Source: Pseudomonadota bacterium (GTDB lineage Bacteria; Bdellovibrionota_F; JAHFAK01; JBDREC01). From it: DNA of 39,712 bases. Where the stretch lies: the NCBI GenBank assembly GCA_043820105.1, contig JBDREC010000083.1, positions 1-39,712 on the forward strand, given 5' to 3'. Positions 18,853 through 28,890 of the stretch are shown here, one piece after another; the stretch's first letter is position 1, and every line of letters starts with the position of its first letter. The translations under genes were made by a program, and so were the position numbers. The notes under the pieces were generated by a model. That model was not told the DNA's origin. It saw only the letters and a list, made by a program, of their open reading frames with translations, and ran no database searches.

Positions 18853-20052
18853 GTGGAATATGTTAAAAGAATAACTAAAATAGAAAAATTTATAAATAAA
18901 AGAAAGTCTATTTTAATCTTAGGTCCAAGAGGAAGTGGCAAATCCTGTTATATAAACCATATTTTAAAGGAGAATAACAGTTTCATGGAAGTAAATCTTT
19001 TAGAAACAGATATCTTTCAAAAATATCTTACAAATCCATCACAGCTTAGAAAAGAGATAGAGTATGCTATTCAAAAGCGCGATAAACTTTGTGTATTTAT
19101 TGACGAAATTCAAAAAATTCCAGCTCTTTTAGATGAAATACATTTGTTAATTGAAAAATATAAAGAAAAGATTTATTTTATTTTAACAGGGTCATCAGCA
19201 AGAAAACTTAAAAAAAGTAATGCAAATCTATTAGCTGGTAGAGCGATTGTTATTCCCTTTTATAATTTTTCTTTTGAAGAAATAGACATTAATCAAAATT
19301 TGAACGATGTTTTGCAATATGGCCTTTTACCAGAGGTTTTTTTAGAAGAAGATCCTGAGTTTAAAATAGAGATTTTAAGAACCTATACTGGCACATATCT
19401 AAAAGAAGAAATTATGCAAGAATCATTAGTTAGAAATGTTGAAGGTTTTAGCAAATTTCTCGAGTTGGCAGCTTTTAACAATTCTGCGCAAGTTAACTAT
19501 TCCAAGCTTTCAAAGCAAATTAATATTTCTGACCAATCTGTTAAAACACACTATCAGATTTTAGAAGATACATTAATTGCGACAAAAATTCCTGCCTGGA
19601 CCTTTTCTTTAAAAAAACAATTACAGCAAACATGCAAATATTATTTTTTTGACAATGGAGTTTTAAATGCGCTGACGGGAGAATTAAAGACGGAGTTAAA
19701 AGAAGCCTCATTTAGATATGGAAAATTGTTTGAAAATTTTATTGTTAATGAAATTATAAAATATAATGATATATATAATTTTAATTATAATATCTTTCAT
19801 TATAAGACGAATCATAGTCAAGAGATTGATTTAATTTTACAGAAAAATTCTAATTCCGATCCTGTTGCAATTGAAATTAAATCTTCTATAATGCCTAATT
19901 ATAAAGATGTGAAAAACTTAGAAGCAATTCTTGAGGATTACCCAAAGGCAAAATGTTATTGTATTTGCAGATGTAAGCAAGCTTATAAAGACAAAAATAT
20001 TACATTTCTTCCCTTTTATGAAGGGATTAAAGAGATCTTTAATGGTCAATAG
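18853..20052 (+). CDS. AAA_14 ATPase with C-terminal DUF4143 (PD-(D/E)xK-like) domain
   Basis: GPRGSGKS, FIDEIQK, LTGSSA, LAGRA, KYYFFDNG, GKLFENF, EIDLIL..AIEIK. Confidence 0.9.
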   Translation: MEYVKRITKIEKFINKRKSILILGPRGSGKSCYINHILKENNSFMEVNLLETDIFQKYLTNPSQLRKEIEYAIQKRDKLCVFIDEIQKIPALLDEIHLLIEKYKEKIYFILTGSSARKLKKSNANLLAGRAIVIPFYNFSFEEIDINQNLNDVLQYGLLPEVFLEEDPEFKIEILRTYTGTYLKEEIMQESLVRNVEGFSKFLELAAFNNSAQVNYSKLSKQINISDQSVKTHYQILEDTLIATKIPAWTFSLKKQLQQTCKYYFFDNGVLNALTGELKTELKEASFRYGKLFENFIVNEIIKYNDIYNFNYNIFHYKTNHSQEIDLILQKNSNSDPVAIEIKSSIMPNYKDVKNLEAILEDYPKAKCYCICRCKQAYKDKNITFLPFYEGIKEIFNGQ

Positions 20053-20054
20053 TT

Positions 20055-20393
20055 ATGCTAATTCATGAAAAACTTAAGTGTTATCAAATGAGTTTATTTG
20101 TATCAAAAGAAGCGAATCGGGCTTTAGCAAAAAAAATGCCAAAGGGCTATGCTTACCTCAATGATCAGTTGAAAAGAGCGCTCGCGAGTATCGTGCTAAA
20201 TATTGCAGAAGGAGTCTATCGCAAGTCCTCAACTGAACGAAAACGATTTTTTGAGATTGCAATTGGCTCTGCTTCAGAAAGCTCAGCAGTATTTGATCTT
20301 CTCTTTTCTTTTAATCTCATTTCTAAAGCTCTTCATTCTCACTTCAAAGATCAACTCCTCCAAATCGTCAGAATGCTCTACAAAATGAGCTAA
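20055..20393 (+). CDS. four-helix-bundle protein (23S rRNA IVP / bAvd-like family)
   Basis: HEKLKCYQ, LNDQLKRALASIVLNIAEG, RFFEIAIGSASE; 112 aa. Confidence 0.9.
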   Translation: MLIHEKLKCYQMSLFVSKEANRALAKKMPKGYAYLNDQLKRALASIVLNIAEGVYRKSSTERKRFFEIAIGSASESSAVFDLLFSFNLISKALHSHFKDQLLQIVRMLYKMS

Positions 20394-20396
20394 TCA

Positions 20397-20421
20397 TCTT
20401 AATCTTAATTCTTAATCTTAT
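20397..20421. repeat. 6-nt tandem array (TCTTAA) right after the four-helix-bundle gene
   Basis: tcttaa tcttaa t tcttaa tcttat. Confidence 0.6.
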
Positions 20422-20525
20422 TTCCTACTGGTCAATATATAGAAATATTTATTTCAATTTGAATTCATGGAATAGATAGAACAGTGTTTTCTATTTTTAG
20501 AAATATTATTCTTTGTGAGTACTCA

Positions 20526-20566
20526 AATTGGAGATGAGCCATATATTTTTGGATCATCTCCGAATT
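20526..20566. terminator. imperfect hairpin (terminator or operator)
   Basis: AATTGGAGATGA-G-CCA...TGG-A-TCATCTCC-G-AATT. Confidence 0.4.
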
Positions 20567-20670
20567 CATATTAGACATTTTTATTTTAAGTAAAAATTAT
20601 GAATTGCTTTCTTTTTTTTAGCTAGGTAAAAATATAATGATTTTTTTTATATATTTACGAAAAAGAGAAA

Positions 20671-23600
20671 ATGGAAAAAAAGTGGCTTAAACTTGGTCAG
20701 ATTCTTATTGCTGATGGCATTATAACTGAAAATAAACTTAATGAAGCCTTGTTAAAACAAGAAAATGATGACAGAAAATTAGGGCTTATTCTTTTGGAAC
20801 TTGGCTATATAAATAAAGAAAACCTTTATAAAGCACTTTCAAAGCAATACAATGTTACCTATCTTACTTTTGATCAAATACAAAAAGATGGCGCCTGCTC
20901 CTATGCTCTTAATATTATCCCTGAAATAATTGCTCAAATGAAATCCGTGCTTCCCCTGGCTTTTGATTCTTCAAAAGGAATTTTTAAAATCGTGGTAGCA
21001 GATCCAACAAACCAGGAAGTTGTTGGAGAAATGAAAGTTCTGGCCAAAGCAAATGCAGTTCACCTTTATGTTTCTGATCCTGAAACAATTGAAAGATGTA
21101 TTTTAAAATTTTATTCTGAATCAAAAAGTGCTAAAGAAAAAAAAGACATCAGTGCAATTGCAGACAGGACATTGTACGAATTAAAAGCTCTTGACAAGAG
21201 ACTAAAGGGCGAAAAAGAAATTGGCTATGTTGGAAAAAAATACAAGTTCATTAAAGATTTTAAGGCAGAGATAGAGCAAAGTGGAATCCAATTTTTCTGG
21301 TATGATCAAATATCAGCTTTGCTGGATGACATAGGCAACAGGAAATTTAAAATTATTTATATCGAGAAATCAATTATTCCAGAAAAAGAACGTCCTGAAA
21401 GCATTAAAAGAGAAATTCTCAATAAAGATTCCTGGGCTCAGGTAAGTTTCGTCGAATCTTTTGGCCAACTGTTCTATTCAGATCCCATTTCATATGACAG
21501 TTTGGCGAGTTTTTCATTCAATTTAATTGATTACATAGTTACTTTTTTTGAACCCCGCTTAGGCGAATACAGAGGCCATGCTCATAATGTTGCAAGATAT
21601 TCTGAAAAAATAGCCCAGGCTCTTAATTTACCAAAACCAATTTCTGATGAAATCAAAATAGCCGCCTTTATTCATGATATCGCCAAAATCCTTCATCAGG
21701 AGAGTGAAGACAGTGGCATTTTATTGTTTGATGATTATCAAATAATGTATAATAAAAATGTGGATGAATTTATTAAATTAATTTCTCCCTCAACCAGAAT
21801 TAATTCCATTATAAAATGCTTAAATGAACACTATAATGGAGAAGGCAGATATGGTTTAAAAGCAAATGAAATCCCAATTGGAGCTCGAATCATCTCTGTT
21901 ATTGATATGTTTGAAGAGATTTCAAAACATGAAACTAACCATGAAGAAGAAGGCACAAGCAACAAAGAACTCGCTTTCAGAGGCATCCGAAAGGAGGCTT
22001 CAAAAAGCCTTGATCCTGAAATTGTGGAAGCTTTTATTAATGTTGTAAAAGGTGAATTGACTATTGAAAATATTTCAAAATCAATGGACACTCCAAAAAA
22101 AGTATTATTTGCAGATGAAATGTCTTATGATCTCAATCTGATGAGGCTTAGATTAATAAACGAGGGAATAAAGGTTTTTATAGAACAAGATCCTGAACAG
22201 GCTTACAAGATCTATAAAAAATATAAACCTCAAATTATTATTTGCTCTGATAGTAGCATAGAAACATTTCAAAACAAAGTAAACAAAGAAACTTGCTTGC
22301 TTGCCTTTACAGAAAACAAATTACTAGAGCAATCCGAAGAGATCATGGCTAAAATCGAAAAGCCTGTAGATATTGAAAAATTTGATGCTATTATAACGAG
22401 CCTTTTCAATAAAATTTTTATGAAAGAAGAAAGAATCACCAGCTCAATTGGCTTTTTCAAAAGATCTGGCAATTATTATCAAGCCGCGGATTTATATAGA
22501 GAACTTGGTGATTTATCAAAAGCTGCAAAGATGTATATTAAGGCAGAAGACTTTAACCAGGCCGCAAAAATGTATCTGTCTTTAGAAAAATACAATGAAG
22601 CTGGCTTACTATATGAAAAAACGCAAGATCTGAACCTGGCCCTTGAATGCTTTCAAAAAAGCGAAAACCTAATAAAACAAAATGAAATATTAATTAAAGA
22701 AGAACGCTTTTATGAAGCAAGTCTTAACCTTTATTCAAAAAATCGCTATGAACAAGCGATAAAATTATTACAAAAAGTAAAAAAAGATAGCAGGGACTAT
22801 AAAGAAGCATCCATTTTACTTGGAAATATCTTTTTCATTCAAAAACGTTATACTTTAGCAATTAGATTTTTAGAAAAAATTGTATTATCTGAAGAATTAA
22901 ATGATGAAAATATAATCAATTTTTATAAACTTGCTTTGGCTTATGAAACAAATAAAGATTTTAATGAAGCCTTAGAAATTTATGAAAAAATCCTTGGAAA
23001 ACGATATGATTTTGAAGATGTTTTATCTCGTGTTGATAAAATAAGAAAAATGAAACATGCGGGAAAAGAAAAAGAAGAGCTTGAAAAAGAAGCAGGAAGG
23101 TTCCTAGTTCCTGAAGATTCAAAATCAGGATCAAGCAAAAGATATGACCATGTAAAGGAAATCGGAAAAGGTGGAATGGGTGTTGTTTACCTTGCTAAAG
23201 ATCTTATACTCGACAGAATGATAGCCTTAAAAGTATTATACGCAAACCTTCAAACCAACAAAAGAATTATTGAAACCTTTATTCGTGAAGCAAAATCAGC
23301 AGCTTCACTTAACCATATAAACATTGTTACAGTTTATGATGCTGGTATTGATCAAGGTAACTACTACATTGCAATGGAATTTATTGATGGTTCAACAATC
23401 CGTGAAATTATAAAACGCAAAAAACTATCAATCCAAAATGTTATAGCCATTTTAAAGCAAATCTGCAGAGGCCTTGATTATGCTCATGCAAATCACATTG
23501 TACATAGAGACCTAACCACAAATAACATAATGCTATCAAAAAATGGTGTGGTAAAAATAATGGATTTTGGACTAGCCAGGGTTATTAGAAGCCTCATGAG

Positions 23601-23907
23601 CGAACAATCAATAATTGGGGGCACACCTTCATACATGTCTCCAGAACAAGTTGATGGTGATCCCATAGACCACAGAACAGATATTTACACACTGGGTGTA
23701 ACTTTGTTTGAAATGACTACAAACCAAGTGCCTTTTACAGAAGGCAACATCGGCTATCATCATTTAAATACACCTCCTCCAACCCCGATAAGCATAGAAC
23801 CATCTATTCCTAAATATCTAAATGATATAATACTAAGGTGCCTAGAAAAAAAACCTGACAACAGATATCAAAATGTATCTGAGATTCTTTTGGATATTCA
23901 AGATTAA
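20671..23907 (+). CDS. multidomain Ser/Thr protein kinase: MshEN/T2SSE_N, HD-GYP-like, REC-like, TPR, kinase
   Basis: KLGQILIADGIIT..KLGLILLELGYI; GHAHNVARY..IHDIAK..EIPIGARIISVID; VLFAD..KP; TPR repeats; IGKGGMGVVY, HRDL, DFG, GTPSYMSPE. Confidence 0.88.
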   Translation: MEKKWLKLGQILIADGIITENKLNEALLKQENDDRKLGLILLELGYINKENLYKALSKQYNVTYLTFDQIQKDGACSYALNIIPEIIAQMKSVLPLAFDSSKGIFKIVVADPTNQEVVGEMKVLAKANAVHLYVSDPETIERCILKFYSESKSAKEKKDISAIADRTLYELKALDKRLKGEKEIGYVGKKYKFIKDFKAEIEQSGIQFFWYDQISALLDDIGNRKFKIIYIEKSIIPEKERPESIKREILNKDSWAQVSFVESFGQLFYSDPISYDSLASFSFNLIDYIVTFFEPRLGEYRGHAHNVARYSEKIAQALNLPKPISDEIKIAAFIHDIAKILHQESEDSGILLFDDYQIMYNKNVDEFIKLISPSTRINSIIKCLNEHYNGEGRYGLKANEIPIGARIISVIDMFEEISKHETNHEEEGTSNKELAFRGIRKEASKSLDPEIVEAFINVVKGELTIENISKSMDTPKKVLFADEMSYDLNLMRLRLINEGIKVFIEQDPEQAYKIYKKYKPQIIICSDSSIETFQNKVNKETCLLAFTENKLLEQSEEIMAKIEKPVDIEKFDAIITSLFNKIFMKEERITSSIGFFKRSGNYYQAADLYRELGDLSKAAKMYIKAEDFNQAAKMYLSLEKYNEAGLLYEKTQDLNLALECFQKSENLIKQNEILIKEERFYEASLNLYSKNRYEQAIKLLQKVKKDSRDYKEASILLGNIFFIQKRYTLAIRFLEKIVLSEELNDENIINFYKLALAYETNKDFNEALEIYEKILGKRYDFEDVLSRVDKIRKMKHAGKEKEELEKEAGRFLVPEDSKSGSSKRYDHVKEIGKGGMGVVYLAKDLILDRMIALKVLYANLQTNKRIIETFIREAKSAASLNHINIVTVYDAGIDQGNYYIAMEFIDGSTIREIIKRKKLSIQNVIAILKQICRGLDYAHANHIVHRDLTTNNIMLSKNGVVKIMDFGLARVIRSLMSEQSIIGGTPSYMSPEQVDGDPIDHRTDIYTLGVTLFEMTTNQVPFTEGNIGYHHLNTPPPTPISIEPSIPKYLNDIILRCLEKKPDNRYQNVSEILLDIQD

Positions 23908-23913
23908 AGCTTA

Positions 23914-23955
23914 AGCGTACAGAGTACATCGTACGGCGTACGGCGAATAGAGCAT
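23914..23955. repeat. 7-nt tandem array (NGCGTAC family)
   Basis: agcgtac agagtac atcgtac ggcgtac ggcgaat agagcat. Confidence 0.7.
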
Positions 23956-24049
23956 GCTTGTAGCTGGCAGATAATTTCATAAAGAAGGCAAGTTAAATTT
24001 ATTTATAGAAATAGAGTATTGTAGGGTAAATTTTTGAAGGATTTAATTA

Positions 24050-24760
24050 CTAGAATCTATAGGCAACTTTTGATTGAAGAGCTTTGATTTCTTCAAGTTG
24101 TTGAATTAAGCTATCGAGTTTGTCTTTTGTAATGTAGTGTGGGTTTTTCTTTAAAAATTCCATTGTTGAATAAAGAGCATCTAGTCTAAAAGATTTGATT
24201 TCAACTGTCATTGCTTCTAGTCTTGCGATTTTTGAAGTAGTGTCAAAAGAATCATGTGTTAGTTTAATAATTTTACCTTCTAATGTTGAAACTTGATCGT
24301 TAATTTTTGCTGTACTTGGTGCATATCCTGAAAATAAAAATAATACTAAAATAAAAGAAATTAGTGATAAAATAAGTGCAATAGCTCCAACTGTTTCAAC
24401 TGGTTTTTTGTATTCAAATTTGTTTGTTTTCTTTACTTCTGTCATGACTTGGTTCTCCTTTTTTGTGTTAGTTTTTGGTTCGTTTACGGTTTTTGTTTCT
24501 AAAACATTTTCTTCCACTTTATTGTCTACTACTTTTTCAGGTGGTGGAACACCCTTTGTAGTTTTTGCTTCCATTGTTACCTCCGTTATTTTTTTTAAAT
24601 TGGTAGTGCTTGTAACCTTTTTTATTTTGCTTGTTTTTGTACTTGCTGTTTTTTTCTTTAAAGGGGTTTTAACTTTTTTTAAAACGACTTTTTTCTTTGG
24701 TGATATTGTTTTATTTTTGATTGGAGTAATTTCTCCAGCATCATATTTTACCACAATCAA
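24050..24760 (-). CDS. hypothetical single-pass membrane protein: Lys/Thr-rich N-terminus, coiled-coil C-terminus
   Basis: One hydrophobic helix (AIALILSLISFILVLFLF). Start uncertain: GTG 24754, ATG 24574 and ATG 24445 each follow an SD-like sequence. Confidence 0.7.
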   Translation of the reverse strand: MIVVKYDAGEITPIKNKTISPKKKVVLKKVKTPLKKKTASTKTSKIKKVTSTTNLKKITEVTMEAKTTKGVPPPEKVVDNKVEENVLETKTVNEPKTNTKKENQVMTEVKKTNKFEYKKPVETVGAIALILSLISFILVLFLFSGYAPSTAKINDQVSTLEGKIIKLTHDSFDTTSKIARLEAMTVEIKSFRLDALYSTMEFLKKNPHYITKDKLDSLIQQLEEIKALQSKVAYRF

Positions 24761-24844
24761 TCCTTTATAAAACCGGTTTTTAAAAAAAAATGATTAGAAA
24801 AATATGCATATTTTATTTTGAAGATCAAGCAATAATTTTATTTT

Positions 24845-26917
24845 TTATTTTTCTACAATGACAGGAATCGTCAATATGTCGCCTGGCATTACTTTTGCTA
24901 AATCTTTCCCAATATTTTGCTCTTTAAGTAACCATAGGGGAATGGTAAACTTTTTAAAGCATAAATACCAAAGACTATCACCTTTTTCTAACTTATATTC
25001 AAAGGTTGAGGTAATACTAAAATTATTCCAAAAGTCTTCTTCGATTCCATCGTGGAATTCATTTCTTAGTATATCAAATTTTTCTTTTGTAACTTTTTGA
25101 TAATCAATTTTTATTTTTTGCCCAAGGTGAATATTTTTTCCATAACGAAAACCATTAATTTTTCTCAGATAAGAAGCACTAAGCCCAAGCCAATCCGCAA
25201 AGTGCCCAAGTGTTTCTTCTGTATCAACTCTAATATAGTCAAATGTAGAGGGCGCTTTTGACCTTATTTGTTTGGTTTTTGGTTCTGTTTTCTGAGTTCT
25301 TGGTTCTTTTTTTGCTGTTTCTATTTTCTTAATTTCTTTAGCTTGAACCTTGGTCTCTGCCTTAATAACCGTTTCCTTGTTATCTTGTTCTCCTGTAATC
25401 TTGCGTTCTTGTTCCCCTGCGCTCTTGCGCTCCTGTTCCCCTGCGCTCTTGCCTCCCTGCTCTCTTGTTCCTTTGTCCTCCACCTGAGCTAAATAAACTG
25501 GCTTCTCTGTAACAGGCAATTTAAGCCTTTGTCCTTCGTAAATTCTATTTCCAATTATATGGTTTCCAGCTTTAATAGCTGCAACACTTGTTCTATTTTT
25601 TCTAGCTATCTCACTTAGGGTATCCCCTCTTCTAACCTTATAATACATTGACCTTTTTTGAGCAGAATATTTATGAGCCTTTGGTAATTTTATTTCATAA
25701 TTAGACGCTAGCTCCAAGACCTCTTCTTTGGGAAGCTTTAGCTTAAATCCCCTGGGAATTCTTTGGTAGTTTGAAAAAATTGGTGGGCGCAAAGAATAGT
25801 TATACTTTTTTACTTCATCAATATTAAGCTTAAAAAACTTTTGTAGAGAACCTAAATATATATAATCTGGTAAAATAAAAACTGAATATTCTAAAGGTTT
25901 ATATTTTTCAATATAGCCAAAATATTTATGACTATTTTTAAAAACATCACAAGCTGCCAAAAATTCAGCGTAAAAGTTCTTAGAAGCAAATCCAAAGGTT
26001 CTACCATTATATTGATCTATAATTATGCTAATATCTTTTGTTGAAAGTTTGCGGACTGCAGCCTTCATCCCTCCCAAACCATGATTATAGGCGGTGATTG
26101 CAAGTGGCCAGCTTTGAAGCTCTTCATAGTTTTGTCTTAATAATTTAGCAGCAGCAATCGTTGATAAAATAGGATCAAGCCTTTCATCAACAGCTGAATC
26201 TATATTTAAAAATAACTTTCCAGTGGAGCGAGTAAATTGCCAGATTCCAGCTGCGCCAAACTTTGAATATGCTTGATAATTAAAAGAAGATTCTACATTA
26301 GGAAGATAAACAAGGTCTTTTGGCATATTAAAACGGTCAAAAATATCTTTTATTTCGTCTAGATAACGACCAGATCTCTTAATCCCCTCAATAAACCTGT
26401 CTTTTTGACCTAGTTGAAATCTCACAGATTCTCTGGCTCTATTCAAGCGAGTTATTGAATTATCATCCTTAAATAAAGCTAGAATTCTTTCTTCATCTGC
26501 ATTTAAATTAAGCTTTTTCTTTTTAACTATAGAATAAAGTGTATTAGTTATTCTGGTTTTTGCATTTTTTAATAACTTTTTTCTCTTACTCCCGGAAATA
26601 TTCTGAGGAAGGTCTACTGAGCCATATATAATTGATAAGTCTTCATCATCATGAATTAGCCCTTCAGCTGTTGTATATTTGCTGTAAATCAATTTCCAAA
26701 AATCTACCCTTGCTTGAAGTTTTTCAGGAATTTCAAAAAGATTTTCCTCCAAAGCTTTCTTTGACTGGACTTGATCTTTTGATTGGCCTTGTGCTTGAAC
26801 AAAAAAAACCATTCCTAGAAAAAGAATAAGAAAAATATTTTTTGAAAATTCGATTTTTTTGATTTTATTCAAGTCCGCTTCTTTTTTCTTCATTTTCCAT
26901 TTCTGTTTTACATTCAA
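24845..26917 (-). CDS. MltD-like lytic murein transglycosylase with LysM domains
   Basis: LPNVESSF, GAAGIWQF, LAITAYNHG; LysM YKVRRGDTLSEIA. True start probably at or near TTG 26872, overlapping the dksA stop. Confidence 0.9.
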   Translation of the reverse strand: MNVKQKWKMKKKEADLNKIKKIEFSKNIFLILFLGMVFFVQAQGQSKDQVQSKKALEENLFEIPEKLQARVDFWKLIYSKYTTAEGLIHDDEDLSIIYGSVDLPQNISGSKRKKLLKNAKTRITNTLYSIVKKKKLNLNADEERILALFKDDNSITRLNRARESVRFQLGQKDRFIEGIKRSGRYLDEIKDIFDRFNMPKDLVYLPNVESSFNYQAYSKFGAAGIWQFTRSTGKLFLNIDSAVDERLDPILSTIAAAKLLRQNYEELQSWPLAITAYNHGLGGMKAAVRKLSTKDISIIIDQYNGRTFGFASKNFYAEFLAACDVFKNSHKYFGYIEKYKPLEYSVFILPDYIYLGSLQKFFKLNIDEVKKYNYSLRPPIFSNYQRIPRGFKLKLPKEEVLELASNYEIKLPKAHKYSAQKRSMYYKVRRGDTLSEIARKNRTSVAAIKAGNHIIGNRIYEGQRLKLPVTEKPVYLAQVEDKGTREQGGKSAGEQERKSAGEQERKITGEQDNKETVIKAETKVQAKEIKKIETAKKEPRTQKTEPKTKQIRSKAPSTFDYIRVDTEETLGHFADWLGLSASYLRKINGFRYGKNIHLGQKIKIDYQKVTKEKFDILRNEFHDGIEEDFWNNFSITSTFEYKLEKGDSLWYLCFKKFTIPLWLLKEQNIGKDLAKVMPGDILTIPVIVEK
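25371..25474 (-). repeat. 8-nt tandem array (ARGRGAAC family, 13 degenerate units) inside the transglycosylase linker
   Basis: Plus-strand units such as gttctcct gttcccct gcgctctt gcgctcct; encodes KGTREQGGKSAGEQERKSAGEQERKITGEQDNKE. Confidence 0.8.
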
Positions 26918-27239
26918 TACATTGAGTTGTAACTGGTCTTGCCTTTAATCTTTGTTCTGAAATCTGCTCACCGCATAACTCACAAGTGCCAAAAGAGCCA
27001 TCGTCAATTCTTTGGATAGCTTCTTTAATTTTTAAAATTAGCTTTCTTTCTCTATCTCGAATTCTTAATAAAAAATTTCTATCAACTTCAAATGATGCTG
27101 AATCTGTAGGGTCAGGAAGGTTTTCTTTAACATCAGTCATGTCACCAATGGTTTCCTGAGCTTCATTTATAAGTTTTGACACCTGCTCATCAAGAATTTT
27201 TCTAAAAGATTCCATTTTTTTCTTGGTCAACTTTGCCAT
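26865..27239 (-). CDS. dksA: RNA polymerase-binding transcription factor DksA
   Basis: DPTD coiled-coil tip, RDRERKLI.KI.EA, CELC...RLKARP...CIEC. Confidence 0.95.
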   Translation of the reverse strand: MAKLTKKKMESFRKILDEQVSKLINEAQETIGDMTDVKENLPDPTDSASFEVDRNFLLRIRDRERKLILKIKEAIQRIDDGSFGTCELCGEQISEQRLKARPVTTQCIECKTEMENEEKRSGLE

Positions 27240-27602
27240 ATTTATTCTCCGCGGAAATAAAAAAATTAAACATACTTTTTTATATAAAAAAGTTAGAGGA
27301 TATTAGCAAATATTAAATTCATTTGTAAATAAAAAAATTCTAATAAATTGAAATTATAAAAAAAATACTCTAAATAAGCTTATTTAATTCCAGAATCAAA
27401 CCCGGAAATGGCAAATAATTTGGCCCCAAATAAAAAAATCAGTCCTTTTTAGACACTGAAACAATAAATATAAAAATTACATTCAAATCATAAATACAGC
27501 TTTTAATTCGAATAGATACAGTTGTAATTTTAAACAACCAAAACTTGGTACGTTAATTGTAACAACAAATATTTATATTTTAAAAAAGGGAAAGGTAAAA
27601 TA

Positions 27603-28196
27603 ATGAAAAATATTAAAAGTTTACTACTTTTAGCTTGTTTTTTAATGAGCTCTTTCCCAATTTTTTCAAATACTGAATTTAACGTAACATACACAGAATC
27701 TAATAAAACATATGGATACAAATTTGAAGCTCAAAGCAAAATTGAACTTTATGAAGAAATTATTCAGAGAATGTATATATTTAACAGCGGTTTTTATAAT
27801 GAATTTTATTATCTGCCATTTTCAACATATTTTGACTTAATACTAGAGAATTTTGAACTATTAAAAAAAGCTCAAACGGAAATAAGCACTGAAGCTGACT
27901 ATAATTGGTTTAAGTGGATGGGTTATTATGTTAATATGATGGGAGAATTTTATATTGATATGATACTGGAATTAAGAAGCTTTTTAAGAGATGAAGATCC
28001 ATACACAAACGAAAATGATCTAGAAGCAATAAGATTTTGGATAAAAAATCGACTCCCTTTACATCAGGTAGCAGCAGGATGGATCGTCCAAAGGGATAAG
28101 CAGATAGAACATTTAAATAAACGTTTTGATTGTGTTAGTGAAAAATTTGATGCGCATGAAGAACCAAGCTTTCCGTTTTCCTGCCCCAACATGTAA
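27603..28196 (+). CDS. hypothetical secreted protein
   Basis: 197-aa ORF with signal-like N-terminus; no family recognised. Confidence 0.6.
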   Translation: MKNIKSLLLLACFLMSSFPIFSNTEFNVTYTESNKTYGYKFEAQSKIELYEEIIQRMYIFNSGFYNEFYYLPFSTYFDLILENFELLKKAQTEISTEADYNWFKWMGYYVNMMGEFYIDMILELRSFLRDEDPYTNENDLEAIRFWIKNRLPLHQVAAGWIVQRDKQIEHLNKRFDCVSEKFDAHEEPSFPFSCPNM

Positions 28197-28287
28197 AAAA
28201 ATCGCTTAATATTAACAACTTTTAGCCTTGACAAAAAACTTTTAGCTGCTAAACATTGCCCGTTTTTATTGATATTGATCTAAACAC

Positions 28288-28353
28288 GTTGCTGGTTATT
28301 CGTTGCTGCTTGCTGGTTTTATTACTAGCAACTAGCAACAAGCAACTAGCAAC
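28288..28353. repeat. inverted pair of 7-nt arrays (GTTGCTG / TAGCAAC) in the rpmH leader
   Basis: gttgctg gttattc gttgctg cttgctg ... tagcaac tagcaac aagcaac tagcaac. Confidence 0.8.
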
Positions 28354-28382
28354 CTTGAATTACATACATTTAGGAGAAAACA

Positions 28383-28532
28383 GTGAAAAGAACATACCAA
28401 CCACATAATAAAAAAAGAGTTAGAAAACACGGTTTCAGAAAAAGAATGGCTTCAAAAGCAGGAAGAAATGTTATAGCATCAAGAAGAAGAAAAGGCAGAA
28501 AAAGACTTTCAGTTTCCACTCCCAAGAAATGA
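28383..28532 (+). CDS. rpmH: 50S ribosomal protein L34 (absent from the ORF track)
   Basis: GTG start after [54 protein letters not shown]. Confidence 0.97.
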   Translation: MKRTYQPHNKKRVRKHGFRKRMASKAGRNVIASRRRKGRKRLSVSTPKK

Positions 28533-28873
28533 ACCAAAAATTAAATAAAAAGAATAAAATAAAAAAAAGAAATGACTTTATAAATATAAAAAAAGAAGGG
28601 TCTAAGAAAAGGGCTGACAATATTTTATTGCTTTTTAGAAAGAACGAAAAGAATAAAGCAAGAATTGGGATCATCGTTACAAAAAAAACCGGGAATGCAG
28701 TAATTAGAAATAAATGGAAAAGATCAATTAGGGAAATTTTTAGAAAGAAGTTCAAAACCAAATATATTGGCTATGATTTACTTTTTATCGTGACTAGAAA
28801 AAAAGATGAAAAGGAAACTTTGAGTATCTCACAAATGGTCAATAAAGACATGTTAAAGCTTTTAAATGCTTAA
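28529..28873 (+). CDS. rnpA: ribonuclease P protein component
   Basis: [28 protein letters not shown]; synteny. Confidence 0.93.
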   Translation: MNQKLNKKNKIKKRNDFINIKKEGSKKRADNILLLFRKNEKNKARIGIIVTKKTGNAVIRNKWKRSIREIFRKKFKTKYIGYDLLFIVTRKKDEKETLSISQMVNKDMLKLLNA

Positions 28874-28890
28874 GACAAAAAAGAATAAAA

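Noticed and set aside
20055-20393. Diversity-generating retroelement
   Set aside because: Only an Avd-like fold is present; no reverse transcriptase or TR/VR pair was seen.
24408-25492. Plus-strand Phe-rich ORFs (24408-24770, 24858-25100, 25268-25492) and similar short overlapping ORFs elsewhere
   Set aside because: Antisense or alternate-frame shadows of well-supported genes.
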